NCBI GenBank assembly: GCA_002104905.1
Contig: MCFE01000158.1
Location: forward strand, 62,001-126,000
Direction: 5' to 3'
From: Basidiobolus meristosporus CBS 931.73
Taxonomy: Eukaryota > Fungi > Basidiobolomycota
Length of the DNA stretch: 64,000 nucleotides
The notes beneath the pieces are model-generated. The model was not told where the DNA came from, made no database searches, and saw only the letters and a program-made list of their open reading frames with translations. Shown here in pieces: positions 1-12,656 of this stretch (positions within the stretch are counted from its first letter, which is position 1; each line of letters begins with the position of its first letter). A program made the position numbers and the translations under genes.

Positions 1-790
1 GAGGTGCCTAAAGGGGCTTCTTTGGAGTAAAGGAGTTTCTTAAAGGGGTCTCTAAAGGGGTCTTTAGACTAAAGGGGTGTCTAAAGGGGTGTCTTTAGAG
101 TAAAGGGGTTTCTTAGAGGGGACTTTTCCAACAGAAAAGTGATAGTTTCTTGTAGAACTTAGATTGGATTCTTGTGAGCTTTGCAGTCTCTTTACTGATG
201 TAGTACCGGTCAAAGTCAGCATACTCAACAGTGCAAGTGATGCAGGGGAAGTCTTATAACCTTTAAACTTGTAATTATAGTGTGGAGATTCTGGAAAGTG
301 AGGCTCTCTTTATTTTTCAGCTGGGGAAGTCATATATATGAAATTCTGAAGGATCAGAGTTTTTGGGCAATTGCGCAAGCAATACACATGATACAAAGCT
401 GAAATTTTGCAGTGGTGCAGATTGGACATAGGTGCAGCACCTGTGAGAATTTCACATGATTTGATTGGCTGGTTTGAAGGTACAGGCAATCAAAGTCACC
501 ATACTAATCCTAGCAATAAGGCATAGTATATATAGTAATTGGACTCTTTTGGTCATAACTCCTTGAGTACTGCTTCAAATGAGCTGTAATTTGAAACATG
601 TGTTGGCTACTATGTGTTCTGTATGAAATGATATTCTTGGGTGGATTGCTTGTCAGGGTCTGGAGCATTTGTTCTTCAAAGTTGGAAATTCTTGACCTTT
701 CACTTGTGTGTTACAATAGCAAAAAGCAAAATAAAGAAATGAGTGCAATATTGGTTTAGAGATATTGTAGTAATGGAATACTTTCCATTA
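1..790 (-). repeat. Unclassified degenerate repeat, inverted copy of 4680-5350, with short tandem AAAGGGG-containing units at 1-120
   Basis: 95-740 aligns by eye as the reverse complement of ~4680-5345; no intact ORF. Confidence 0.7.
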
Positions 791-794
791 CCAC

Positions 795-3495
795 AGAAGG
801 TATCCAAAATACCCCTGATATGGAACCTGTTGCTGAACACTTTGGGATATGGAAGTCTATTGGAGCTTCTGAACCTAGTATTCCAAGCTTGCTCTAAGTC
901 ATTCATACACTCTACAAGGTGGTTCTCCATTGCAGTCAGCAGGAATGAGAGCTTCTAGGACTTTTGTTGCCATGGATGGTGGGATGAAACCTTGTAGGGA
1001 AATAGTTCTTGTAATAGCAGAGAAGCTTAACAAGGGATCTCCTTGAGTAGATTGGGGTAGATGGTTGACAGTCCTTGGAATAGATCTCCTCTAGTGTGTC
1101 AAAAGGAAATCCAGTGGTAGTGATGGGATTGATGAGAAAATACCATTCAGGTGAGTAAGTCATATTAAAATTGGTGGATGATTGTATGGAGGTGGTTTGA
1201 ATTGATTTGGCGCAATCTGCGTTATTTATCTGATTTTTAATGCATTATGATTAAATCTCCATCAATTGCCATGTGTCCCATCATTATGTTGCAAAAATCA
1301 TCCGCAAACAACGCCGTGGTACTTTTATTGATGTTATACTCATAGGTCTATAATCAAATAGGAAATCTGCAATTGATATGATCTGATCCATTCCAATGCA
1401 ATCCAAGATGCATCATGCATAATATATGGAAAATTCAACAATCACATTAGTTTTCATATATATTTTATTTAAAACCAGGTTGATGCCAATATACTGCTGT
1501 ATAAGTATCCAAATCTGTTGCTATGGTCCCCATACCAGGTCTCAACTCATCTTTAATACAACCCAGACAAAACCCATCCCCTAGCTCACAAGCGTGGTCC
1601 GGACGGGAAAAGTTGATGTTGGATCCATTTGAGTTCTTGCCAAATGATTTTAGTATGGCCCAAGTGTCTATTATGAGCCTTCATACAGACATTTGGGCAC
1701 TACTGATTAATCTAGCAGAACTAGATACCTTGGAGAGACAACAAAGATGGAAGAATTTGAGTAGAAAGCTGTGGCATGAGTACTACATCAAGATGCCAGC
1801 CAATGTAGGTAAGAAGATATATAACAAGACAAGTATTGAAATCAAGAATGAGCTGAGAGTGAGGGGATTTGATGAAGAAGCCACACGGGAACAATTTTGT
1901 GCGCAATTTGCATGGTACAGGCCGGATGTGTCCATTTGTGCCTCAACTTTGGGAACCAAAGAGATCTTGAATGAGTTTTTGCCTCAAATGACTAATGTAC
2001 TACATGATATATTAGCAGAGCTAAGTGGCTTCAAAGAGCAATATACACAGGACTCATCCAGGCAACAGCTCCAAAGTATCAGACAGAGGGTAAGTGAATA
2101 CCTTGAGGAATCAGATGGTGAGCTTCAGGAGGAAGAATACAGACCAAATGCAACATCATCATGATCACGCCAGCATGACTTGCTGGATTCCTTAGCATCT
2201 CTTGCAACCACAGCGTGCCAGTGCACATCAGTCCAGACTACACCAACACCCTTTACCAGAATGCCCTGCATCAAGTCAACGCACACGCTTCAGAGCAAAA
2301 CTACCAGAACTTGCCAAACTGCTCATTTAGACACAAGTCCATTGGAGCAGACCAAGTAGTGTCAACATGCAGCATCACATTGAACTCAGCCAAGGGCCAT
2401 CTCAACATGTCAAGTTGCGCCTGTGCGTGCTGTTTTGCCTGACCATCAGTGAGTTACTTCTGGTAAACTGACTGATGAGGACAAACATGAGGTACCTCAT
2501 TGACCAGAGCCCTTGGCAAGTAAAAGAACACGTCAGCGCATAGCACTCCAGGCTGGTTCAGTTGGTTCAGTTGGAGCAATTCAGAGCAGCCAAGCTGCAG
2601 CATCACACTCATCAACTAGGAGCCAAAATACTGACTACAAATACACAAGTAGCCAAGATGATAGTCAGCCAGGAAGTAGTATAGGTGTGCAAAGTGAGTC
2701 ACCACCAAATGTTTCAGTAGTAATCCCTGTGAGAAAAAACCCAAGAGATATGATGAAATTGCTTTGAATTGCTATTATCTGTAATGATCCCAACAACCCA
2801 TTTTTTTTGCAATCCAAATCAAGCCATTGCAAATCAGTGATCATCAAATCTTTGATATAAGTAGTATCAAGGTCATCTCACATATGAGACAGAACCCCTA
2901 TAAATAAGCGCCCTGCATATATATACATCATTAGTAATACCAGTGCAGCTATTGGATCTGTTTTGCACCTACCCAATTGCTTGTGTGCTAGCTAGACACC
3001 TTGTCCAATCACTAGGATCAAGGATTTACTTGCTCAATGGGCAAAATGGGATATTTGTTGGCAAATCAGGCAGCTTGTTTGGTAGTCAATGAGCCAATTG
3101 GGGGCTGCCAGCTTCAGGATACTCTTGGACCAATTAATCACTGAAATACCGTCCAATTGGAGTGATGGTAACCAAAATGGTAAGTATCAGTGTAGTTTAT
3201 AGTGTGATACACATTTATTTCCATTTACATTAAAGAAACATATCCAAATACCTGATTTTACCTGCCATAATAGTGGTATCCAATTGCAGACGTGATGCAA
3301 ACATTACAAGTTGGCGCAATCATCCGTGCCAACCTCATTGTGTCAGATTGTGCTATAGTGTGCAAGATTGTCCCACATAGTGCAAAATTGTCCAAGAACA
3401 ATCCTGCCTTCTGGTAGCTATAATATTGCGCCCAATTGTTCTTTACAACTACAGATTGCGCCGCACACCCTGGCACAGTACAATGGAACAAGTGT
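795..3495 (-). mobile_element. PHIS/Pangu-like DNA transposon copy A (truncated, inverted relative to copies B and C)
   Basis: Transposase fragments on - strand (700-1163) match 35255-36139 up to ILDTF. ORF2 fragments on + strand (1523-2767). TIR-like end CAATGGAACAAGTGT at 3481-3495 followed by AGT. The other end is missing. Confidence 0.9.
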
Positions 3496-3537
3496 AGTAT
3501 TTATACTTTTACATGGCCTTGGAGTAACAAACACATA

Positions 3538-4270
3538 TGACTTGTTCCATTGGATAGTGCCACATAGAGCCATGAGTGCCAAATGATGCCATAGTGTGCC
3601 AGGGAGGCCAAGTGAACCTATACCTGGCCACAGAGTGTGAAGCATAGCTCTGCATCTGTATGCAAAGCAGTCCCAGTGTTTTACCCATTGTGTTGGAGAA
3701 AATCCATTTTTTGACCTTTTTTTTTAGGTCAATGTTGTGAAGGATGTGTAAGAGGACAAAAGAATTGAAGACATGCATCTGGTACTCAATACCCATGGCA
3801 CTCAGAATCTAGCCCCTGTGGCTTGTAACATGTCATAAAAATGTATGGGACTATCTTGGTCCACTGGTACTATCTGGCACTACATCTAATTATTAGCCCT
3901 AAAGTACAATCAATACAAAGCACTTATAGTACCAGATAGTACCAGTGGACCAAGATAGTGCCATGCATTTTTGTGACATGTTACAAGCCACAGGAGCTAG
4001 ATTTGGAGTGCCATGGGTATTGAGTACCCAATGCATGTCTTCAGCTCATCTGTGCTCCTACACATCCTGCACAACATTGATCCACAATAAAACGTTGAAA
4101 ATGGACTTTCTCCTGCATCATAGGTGATACACAGGGGCTGCTTTGCATGAGGGTGCAGAGCTATGTTTCCCACTCTGTGGCAAAGTATAGGCTCACTTGG
4201 CCTCTCTGGCACACTATGGCATCATTTGGCACTCATTGCTCAATGTGGCAATATCCAATGGAACAAGTTT
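3538..4270. mobile_element. Foldback non-autonomous element (~350-bp inverted arms) ending in the PHIS element's right-end sequence, inserted in a Copia LTR remnant
   Basis: Starts GACTTGTTCCATTGGATAGTGCCAC and ends GTGGCAATATCCAATGGAACAAGTTT; arms pair throughout. Flanks 3496-3537 and 4271-4340 match the reverse complement of Copia LTR 48115-48446. Confidence 0.85.
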
Positions 4271-4679
4271 GTAGAATAGGTTATGAAAGGTCTCAAGAAC
4301 ATGTGTGCAAAGTTTGGGGCTGTTTGGACCACTTAGTCAATATCAATATTGCACTCATTCCCTAAGAAAAAAAATTGAGAAAAGGTCAGCAAAATACCAT
4401 CATAGTATCTGCTGAATTCAAAGTTTTTCATAATTGACAACTCTCAATATCTCTGTTCTTTGCTGATGGGCAGGCAAGCAAACAAGTCCTCAAGAAGGAG
4501 ACTTGGCAAACTAGCATCCATACCAAATTTGGCAATTAGCTGCCCCTTACTTTCATCAAAAATTGCATTTGAAATTTTGAACCTAAAACACCAGCTGGTT
4601 ACCAGCAAAATACCACTAGAATACCTGCAGAATACCAGCCAAAAATTAGATGAATTTCAAGTTTAGGATTTTTGATAGA

Positions 4680-5375
4680 GATTTTTGTATTTTGCTTTTT
4701 GCAACTTGTAATACACAAGTCACTAATCAAGAACTTCCAACCTTGAAGAGCATATGCTCCAGACCTCAACCAGCAATTCACCCAAGAATATTATGTCATG
4801 CAGAACACACAGTAGCCAACATATGCTTCAAATTACAGCTAATTTGAAGCAGTATTTAAGGAGTTATGATCAAATGAGTCCAATTATCTTATGTACTAGG
4901 CCTCTATTACTTGAATTACTATGCTAACTTCAATTGCCAGTAACTGTTGATCCAGCCAGTCATATCACATGATATTTCTACAGGTGCTGCACCTATAACT
5001 GATTTTTGTCACTACAAAATCTTAGCTTTGTATCATGTGTATTGCTTGCAAAAAGACCCAGAAGCCTTGATCCTTCAGAATTTTCATATTTATGACTTCC
5101 CCAGCTGAGAAAATAAAGGGAGCCTCTCTTTCCAGAATCTCCACACCACATTTACAAGTTTAAAGGCTATAAGACTGCTCCTGTATACTTGCACTGTTGA
5201 GTACTCTGACTTTGATTGGTACTGCATCAGTAAAGAGACTGCATAGCTGATAAAAATCTAATCTAAGTTCTGCAAGAAAACTACCACTTTTTTATTGGAA
5301 TAGTCCCCTCTGAGAAACCCCTTTACTCTAAAGACACCCCTTTAGAGACTTCTACACCAAACCCCTTTGAATTAA
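4680..5375 (+). repeat. Unclassified degenerate repeat, second copy (inverted relative to 1-790)
   Basis: Reverse-complement similarity to 95-740. Confidence 0.7.
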
Positions 5376-5724
5376 AGGGGAGATCAGAATTTCCATGCTA
5401 GGAAACACTTTCACAGATAAGAAAGTAACTCCCAGATTAGGAAAAGTCAACATACAAGTGAATAAGCCCATTAGTTGACAGAAGGTCAGAACACTGCTGA
5501 ATAAGTGAGAAACACTGCCTATAGTATATTTTGAGCCTAAGATTGAGAATACTGGTGAAAGTTATATCTTCTATTCATATATCAAGCTCCCAACAAACTA
5601 TTTCAGTATTAGCATACTGGAAGTTGTTGTTATTGTTGATTAGCCTCTTCATCATAGAACAAGCCCCAAACTAATCATAATACAACACAACAACCTGTGC
5701 CTGGATCTTTGTCACATGATCAAA

Positions 5725-6511
5725 TCTTTGTCACCATCTCTACTATTTTCATTCCATATATGATATTTCAATGTTAAACAGGAATCAGAATACTGTACCC
5801 TCAATGGTTGGGTGTACTGTAGCTCTTAAACCATCTGGCATATACCTTGCACATTCTTAGCTCATGCTAAAACCTTCTTGAACACCATGATTAGTAATCA
5901 CTCATTCAGTGAGAAAAGTATATAAGGGAGGCAATCCCTCAACAATACACTATCATCCCTTTTATCAATATACCAAATTGCTGATTAGTGTGATCACTGC
6001 TACCTGCTCATACCTCAACTTCCAATCCCAGACCATTGGACACTCCCAGGAAAATGAGCTGACAGCCAACTGACCTTAGATGCATTACTTGCAAAGAATA
6101 CTTGAAAGTAGGCAACTTTGATTTTATTTGACTCTTTCCCAAGTTAGTCCTTGTACAGGCAAGATATTTCTCTTTCTTTGTAACTGTTGTCCACAACCAC
6201 ATTCTGATCAAGTCCCTGCTAGTGGTGCTTACAGTGATTTGACTTTTGAAGCTTGAGTACATTGTCATGTCAAAGGATGCTGGGCCCAGCACATACTTTG
6301 GCTAAGACACCAACTAAGTTGGGGAGTGTAGCTCAATAGTTTTCCCTTGACAAGCTTGTGGCTTTATACCCCTTCACTTTAGAATAGAGGCAGAACCCAA
6401 GTATTCCTAGTATACAATTACCAGAGGATATTGCACCCAGTGAACCGCTCACACACCAAATACCTGACAAGTGTTGGACATATTTCTCCCTTTGACTTTC
6501 ACACCATCACA
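5725..6511 (+). mobile_element. Partial solo LTR of Gypsy family B
   Basis: Aligns with 16060-16855 and 20050-20866; ends ...CCATCACA; 5' part missing. Confidence 0.8.
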
Positions 6512-7721
6512 GTGTGCTTCCTAGCTGAGAGGCTTGCTATAATAGCCATATGATCTTTTTCTCTTTCTTTATGGCATTGAATCATAATAGTCTTCTCAAT
6601 GGGGCAATCAGCATGACATGCAACAACATAATGCTGTTTATCACTTTCTTGCCAATACTGATGTAAATTGAGGAAAGTCTTGTATTTGCAACATTGAACC
6701 AACATGAATGTAAGATTCAATGATGACCCAAGAGAGTAGGCATTATAAATGTAGTTGTGGCACCACATACACATGCATACATAACACTATTTCCTGTTTG
6801 ATTTGACTCACTTCCATTTATATGCTGCCAGAAAATAAAGCAAAGTTTTCTGGCTCCCGAGTACACTGTATTGTAATCAGCACCAGAAGAACAGTTGGTC
6901 AATAGCTTACTTTGACATTCAGCACCACAAGCAGGGCTACATCCAAAAAAGACCATGTTGTCAGTATGCTCATTGAAGGTACCAACCCAGACTTCCTAGG
7001 CTCTCCGCCAAGTAAGCCTATAAAAATTTCTGCAGAGTCACAGGCTGATCATACTGCTCAGGCAGATGAGAATGTTGTCAATGCAGCACCTGCATTTGAG
7101 AACCAGCAGGTGGCCATCATAGCATCACCACCGCTGGTATTTGCAACTATGTTATCAGCTTGTACCAAAGAATCAATGAGGCAATTAAGTACAGTGGCTG
7201 TTAGGATTGATGCAATAGCATAGAAAAATCAGATAATAATCCAGAAACAGGTGTAGAGCAATTCTTATCCCAGGTAGAGATTGCAATATCTTTGCTGCAA
7301 AAAAGGAACTTGAGTAGCTCAATGTTACAGCCAAAAATTAAGCTGTTTCTCAATGTAGAGGCACAACATCACCATAGAGTCATTGAAGCACAACAACAGT
7401 GCCCAAAGATAAAGCCCACAGCAAGAACTATCATAGCATGGGAGTGAGAGATTGGGGTATTTATACTCAGGCTGAAAGCTTAAAGATATTGCAGATTGGT
7501 CAAGCTGTTGGTTGCAATGATGATTAGTGGGCTAAAATTCAAGAGGCTGTTAAAAGTTTAGCACATCATAACCTTAAGGAAGACATACCTTGGGACCAAG
7601 GAGGAAATTCCAGCTCAATACAAGATGCACTCAGTCACAGTAGCAGTGAAGGACCTTGAAGTGCTAAAACCTGTGTCTTTCTCAGGAGCCTGTCATAGCA
7701 GAGCTAGAAGCTCCAAGCTAG

Positions 7722-10700
7722 TGTTACAAGTCTTGGTATGAGAGTTGTAGAGGAATAGGGGGTTTAGCTTGTATTATATTCACTAAAACTTGAACTGATT
7801 TTTATTGAGGTTCCAGCAGCTCCTTATATGCATTTTGCCAGATCAATTGCTGACTAATTGTATTTCCTAATGTAGGTTGTGGCTGATGACTCATCTGCTT
7901 GCATCATTATCCCCAAATAAGATCCTACTTAATATATTTATTTCTGTCTGATAAGGATCTGCTGATGCATTTGCTGACTAATGCTACTGATTTGATAGAT
8001 AATACTGATATGCTGGTAACCTAAACATATACTAATTGATTTGACTAAAAACTGATCTAACTTAAGCATTCAAGCGGCAGATCATAACATTCTCCCCTAC
8101 AAAAGTTAAGATGGTTCTCCTGAATCTCTTTTCTTGTGATACCAATATCTTGATGGTTCAGTATTATCAGCATGTCTTGCAAGCTTGAGTCTGTCACTAT
8201 GCACTAAGTCTTCCCGGATATTGCCTTGTTTGTCCACCAGTTGGTAAGTTGCAAGTGGACATTCTCTGATGATCTTGAATGGTCCTGTCCATTGTGGCTC
8301 AAACTTCTTCTGAGTGTTGTTTCTTAGCAATACAAAGTTCCCAACTGTCAATGCTTCTGGTGCTATAATCTTATCAAATATCTGCTTCATCTTTTCTGCA
8401 CTTTGAGATACTTTGGTCTGTGCCTCTTGACGTCTTTGTGCCAGTTGCTTATGTCTATTTGGCTGACTGAGTTCATCTTCTAAGGTGTCTGTAAGCTTTG
8501 GTTGTGTGAGATCCCCTGGAATCCTTGGTTCACATCCATACACTAAGTAAAATGGTGATTGCTGGGTGGTGTTGTGTACTCTGACTCTGCATGCAAAGAG
8601 TGCTTGGTCTATATACTCATCCTATCTACTGACAACTCCATTTGCATACTTGGTGAGCATTTTTCCAAATAATCCATTAAACTGCTCAGTGACTCCATTT
8701 GTTCTGGGGTGATATGCCAAGGTTTTCAAGTGTCTGATCTGCTGCATTTCCAGGTAAGCCTCTAATGTCTTTGCCATAAAGTTTGCTCCTCTATCAGATA
8801 AGATCCCCATAGGGCATCCAAACTTCATCAGGATCTCATGGTAAATGAAACTTGCAACTTCTTGTTCACTGGCTATTGGTACAGCTATAGCAACTGGCCA
8901 TTTAGTGGCATTGTCAATTGCTACCAGGATCCAATGGTTGCATTTCCTGGTAGTTGGCAGTCTTCCAATAAAGTCAATTCCCCATCTCTCAAATGGTCCT
9001 ACAGGCTCCAAAGGGAAGAGTTTGGCATTTCTTTGTGGCTGGCCTTGATTGACTTGGCAGTTTGGGCATGTTTTCACTAGCTTCTCAATATCTTGTTTCA
9101 TTCTGGGCCACCATGCTCTGGCTTTCACAAGGCTATAGGTTCCTTCAATCCCAAGATGTCCATACCCATTGTGTAGCTTATGTATTAAATCCAGGCAAGA
9201 AACATAAGGGCAATAGGCAATAGGGCTTCCATCAACAATTTGGTAGAGTGTTTCATCCTGTACCACCAATTTGCTGCCTTCATCACAAATTATCTTCTTG
9301 ATATCTTCATCCACCTCATTAGGAATGACTTGGTCCTCCAAGTACTTTGGTAATAGGCTAGGTCAATGTGATTCATGCACCAAGTTGAGTTGTGCAACTT
9401 GATCTAATCTTGATAAGGCATCAGCAACCGTGTTATTTTTTCCAGGGCAGTAGACAATCTCCAGGTCAAATTGCTGAATGTATTTACTCCATCTTGTCAT
9501 TCTTCTAGAGAGTACCTTCCGAGTAAATATATACTTAAGGGAGGCATGATCAGTCTTCACAGTGCATTTGACTCCTTCAATATAGCATCTCCATGTCTTC
9601 AAACAGTGTATTATAGCAAGCATCTCCTTCTCATGGACTGGATAGTTTTGTTCTGCTGAGTTCAGTTTCTTGGATTCAAAGGCAACAGGGTAGTCCTTTC
9701 CCTTGTGTTCTTGGCTTAGCACTCCACCTATTGCATAATCTGAAGCATCTGTGCACAGAGTGAACTCTTTTCTGAAGTCTGGTATTCTTAAGCTTGGCAG
9801 CTTAGCAAGTTCATTCTTGAGCATCTGGAAGGCAGTCTCACAAGCTATGTCCCACTTGTAGGTATTGTCTTTCTTGAGGATATCAGTTAAAGGGGCTGCA
9901 ATACTTGCAAAAGACTTGACAAATCTCCGATAATAGGAAACCATTCCAAGGAATGATCTGAGTTCTGATATGCTATGGGGCTGCTTCAAATTCTTGATAA
10001 CTTTAACCTTCTTAGGGTCTAAGGTCACTCCTGTGCTAGTCACTATGTGTCCCAGGTATTCAACGTGTTCCTTTAAGAATTCACACATGGCTGGCTTGCC
10101 ATATAGCTTGTTCTCTCTTAGTTTCTTCAAGACCTTTTCAATGTGCACCATGTGATCCTTTTCTGTCATGCTGTATATCAATATTTCATCCTGGTAGATT
10201 ATCACAAACTTGTCTAAGTACTCCTGAAAGACAGTCTGCATCAGCGTCATGAATGTTGCAGGGGCATTAGTGATGCCAAAACTCATGACTAAGTACTTGT
10301 AATGTCCATATTGGGTCCTGAATGCTGTCTTAGGGATATCTTCTGGTTTCACCCTAATCTGGTTGTATCCTGACATGAGGTCAATCTTGCTGAAAATAGT
10401 GGCTCCACTAAGTTGGTCCAAAAGCTCATCAATCCAAGGTATGGGGTACTTATTCTTGACGGTAACTGAGCTCAGGGCTCTGTAGTCAATGCACATCCTA
10501 AGTGTTCCATCCTTCTTTTTCACAAAAAGCACTGGTGATCCCCAGGGTGACTTGCTGGGCCTGATGTATCCTTGCTCCAATAGCTGATCAATTTGTCTCT
10601 TCCTTTCCTCCAATTCCAATGGACTCATTCTGTAAGGTGTCTTGCTTGCTGGAGGGCTATCACCTGTGTCAATGGCATGATCCATGTCTCTGACTGGTGG

Positions 10701-12656
10701 TAGGCTTACAAGCTCATCTGGAAACACGTCTGAATATTTCTTCAAGAGAGTCTGGACCTGCTGGGGTGCTGGTGTAGAGGAATCCTCCTGTAGAACCGCC
10801 ATGAGGAACATCTGAGTTCCTTTTCTAAGCGCTCTACAGAACTGTGTCTTGCTAAGTTCACTTGTCTCACACATACTGGAATTGACCAAGTTAAAATCCA
10901 GCCTGGCATGTAATAGCTCATAGTTCTTGTTGTCTTTTTGGATCTGAGTAGCATGGGTTCTCCAGTTGATTGATGGATTACAGCAAAATAGCCAGGTTTT
11001 TCTAAGTACAAGGTCAAACTTGCAGTTCCCAAATATATACGCCTGTAGGTCTTCTTCATAGTCATTGATCTTCATTCTTACTGGCTGAGTAATACGGTTG
11101 ATTATGTGAGAGTTCCCATCAGCTGTTGAGACTGAAGTTGATATGGTAGGTTCTGAATTGATTCCAGCTTTGAAGGCAAATTGCTCCGACATGTACTCAT
11201 GCAATGCTCCTGAGTCAATCATGATCTTGGCAGGTACTCCATTGATTACTCCATTCAAGTATAATAGCTTTTCTGAATTTGAGGTTATCTGGGATAGGTA
11301 TTCTTCTGTCATGTGGAATGTGAGTTCTGAGTCTTCTTCAAGTTCATCCTTCATGTTACTATGCTCCATGGCCTCAATACGGTTAAAGGTTCTTGATGGC
11401 TGGTGTCCATCTCTTCTCTGAGGGCAGTACTTTGCAATATGTCCTTGCTGGTGGCAATTGAAGCAAAGTCCTTTCTTCTTACATTCTTCCAAGGCAGGAT
11501 TCTTCTGCATAGCATCTATTCCCATTGGTACTGCTTCTGACTGTCTTCTTTCATAATGATTGTAACCTTTCTGATTAGTCACTGTAGGCTTCCCAACTCC
11601 AAACATAGCTGAGTCATAGTCAATGGCAATCTTGATGGCTTCTTCAATAGTCTGAGGTCTTTGATAATTCACTTCCTTGCAAGTTCTTTCTTTTAACCCA
11701 TCAATAAAGTATTCAACTTGATCCAGGGGGTCCATTCTTTCAATTTGTCCAGTAGACATCTGTACTCATAGATGTATTCTTGAACCATTCCTTTCTGTCT
11801 GAGTGTCTTTAACTTCCTTCTTAGTAGTGTCTGTTGGTGTGGAGGTTCAAAAGCATCCTGAATTTCCGACACAAACTCATCCCAGGTAGAGATTGTAGAG
11901 CATCACATCATAGTGGCTGACCTGATCTTGTAGTGGTACAACTGTAAAGCTGCATCTGCCAGGTAAGAAGCTGCATAATGCAACTTGCTTTCTGGAGCAA
12001 TTCCTTTAGCTTTAATAGCTTCTTCAATCTGAAAGAGCCAAGTCCCCAGGTTTTCATTGACTCTGCCATGGTACTGGTTGACCTTCACACTAAAGTTGCT
12101 CTTAACAGGGCTTTGCTGGTTCTGAGCCAGGGTAGTCATTCCTTGTTGCTGTTGGCTGAGGATCTGGAGTAACTGTTGCTGTTGGGCCAGGATTTGCTGC
12201 ATGGCATTCTTCCATTCTTGATTGTCTGACATCTTGAGGGTGGTTTCTTCTTTCTTCAGGAGGGAGGTCTCTGGCTATTGCTGCTACCAATGTTACAAGT
12301 CTTGGTATGAGAGTTGTAGAGGAATATGGAGTTTAGCTAGTATTCTATTCACTAAAACTTGAACTGATTTTTATTGAGGTTCCAGCAGCTCCTTATATAC
12401 ATTTTGCCAGATCAATTGTTGACTAATTGCGTTTCCTAATGTAGGTTGTGGCTGATGACTCATCTGATTGCATCATTATCCCCCAATAAGATTTTACTTA
12501 ATATATCTATTTCTGTTGGATAAGGATCTGCTGATTCATTTGCTGATTAATGCTACTGATTTGATAGATAATACTGATATACTGATAACCTACACATATA
12601 CTAATTAATTTGACTAAAAACTGATAACTTAAACATTCAAGCAGCAGATCATAACA
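7722..12656 (-). mobile_element. Ty3/Gypsy LTR retrotransposon family A, near full length (4935 bp)
   Basis: LTRs 7722-8089 and 12291-12656 (TG...CA). PBS TGGTAGCAGC follows the 5' LTR; PPT GTAGGGGAGAA precedes the 3' LTR. Flanks CTAG/CAAG (4-bp TSD, 1 mismatch). Domain order gag-PR-RT-RH-IN. Confidence 0.97.
8106..12232 (-). pseudogene. Gag-Pol polyprotein of Gypsy A with a few stops/frameshifts
   Basis: CCHC knuckle CFNCHQQGHIAKYC, protease IDSGA, RT ...YQDEILIYS (decayed YxDD), RNase H TDASDYAIGGVL, integrase HHCC (HNGYGH...CPNC) and WGIDFIG. Confidence 0.95.

Noticed and set aside
1-120. G-rich short tandem units as a telomere
   Set aside because: Units are irregular, interior, and recur inside the repeat at ~5310-5375
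6008-6292. Short ORFs recurring in family B LTRs (also 16367, 19157, 20458)
   Set aside because: They lie within LTRs, differ in stops between copies and show no protein motif
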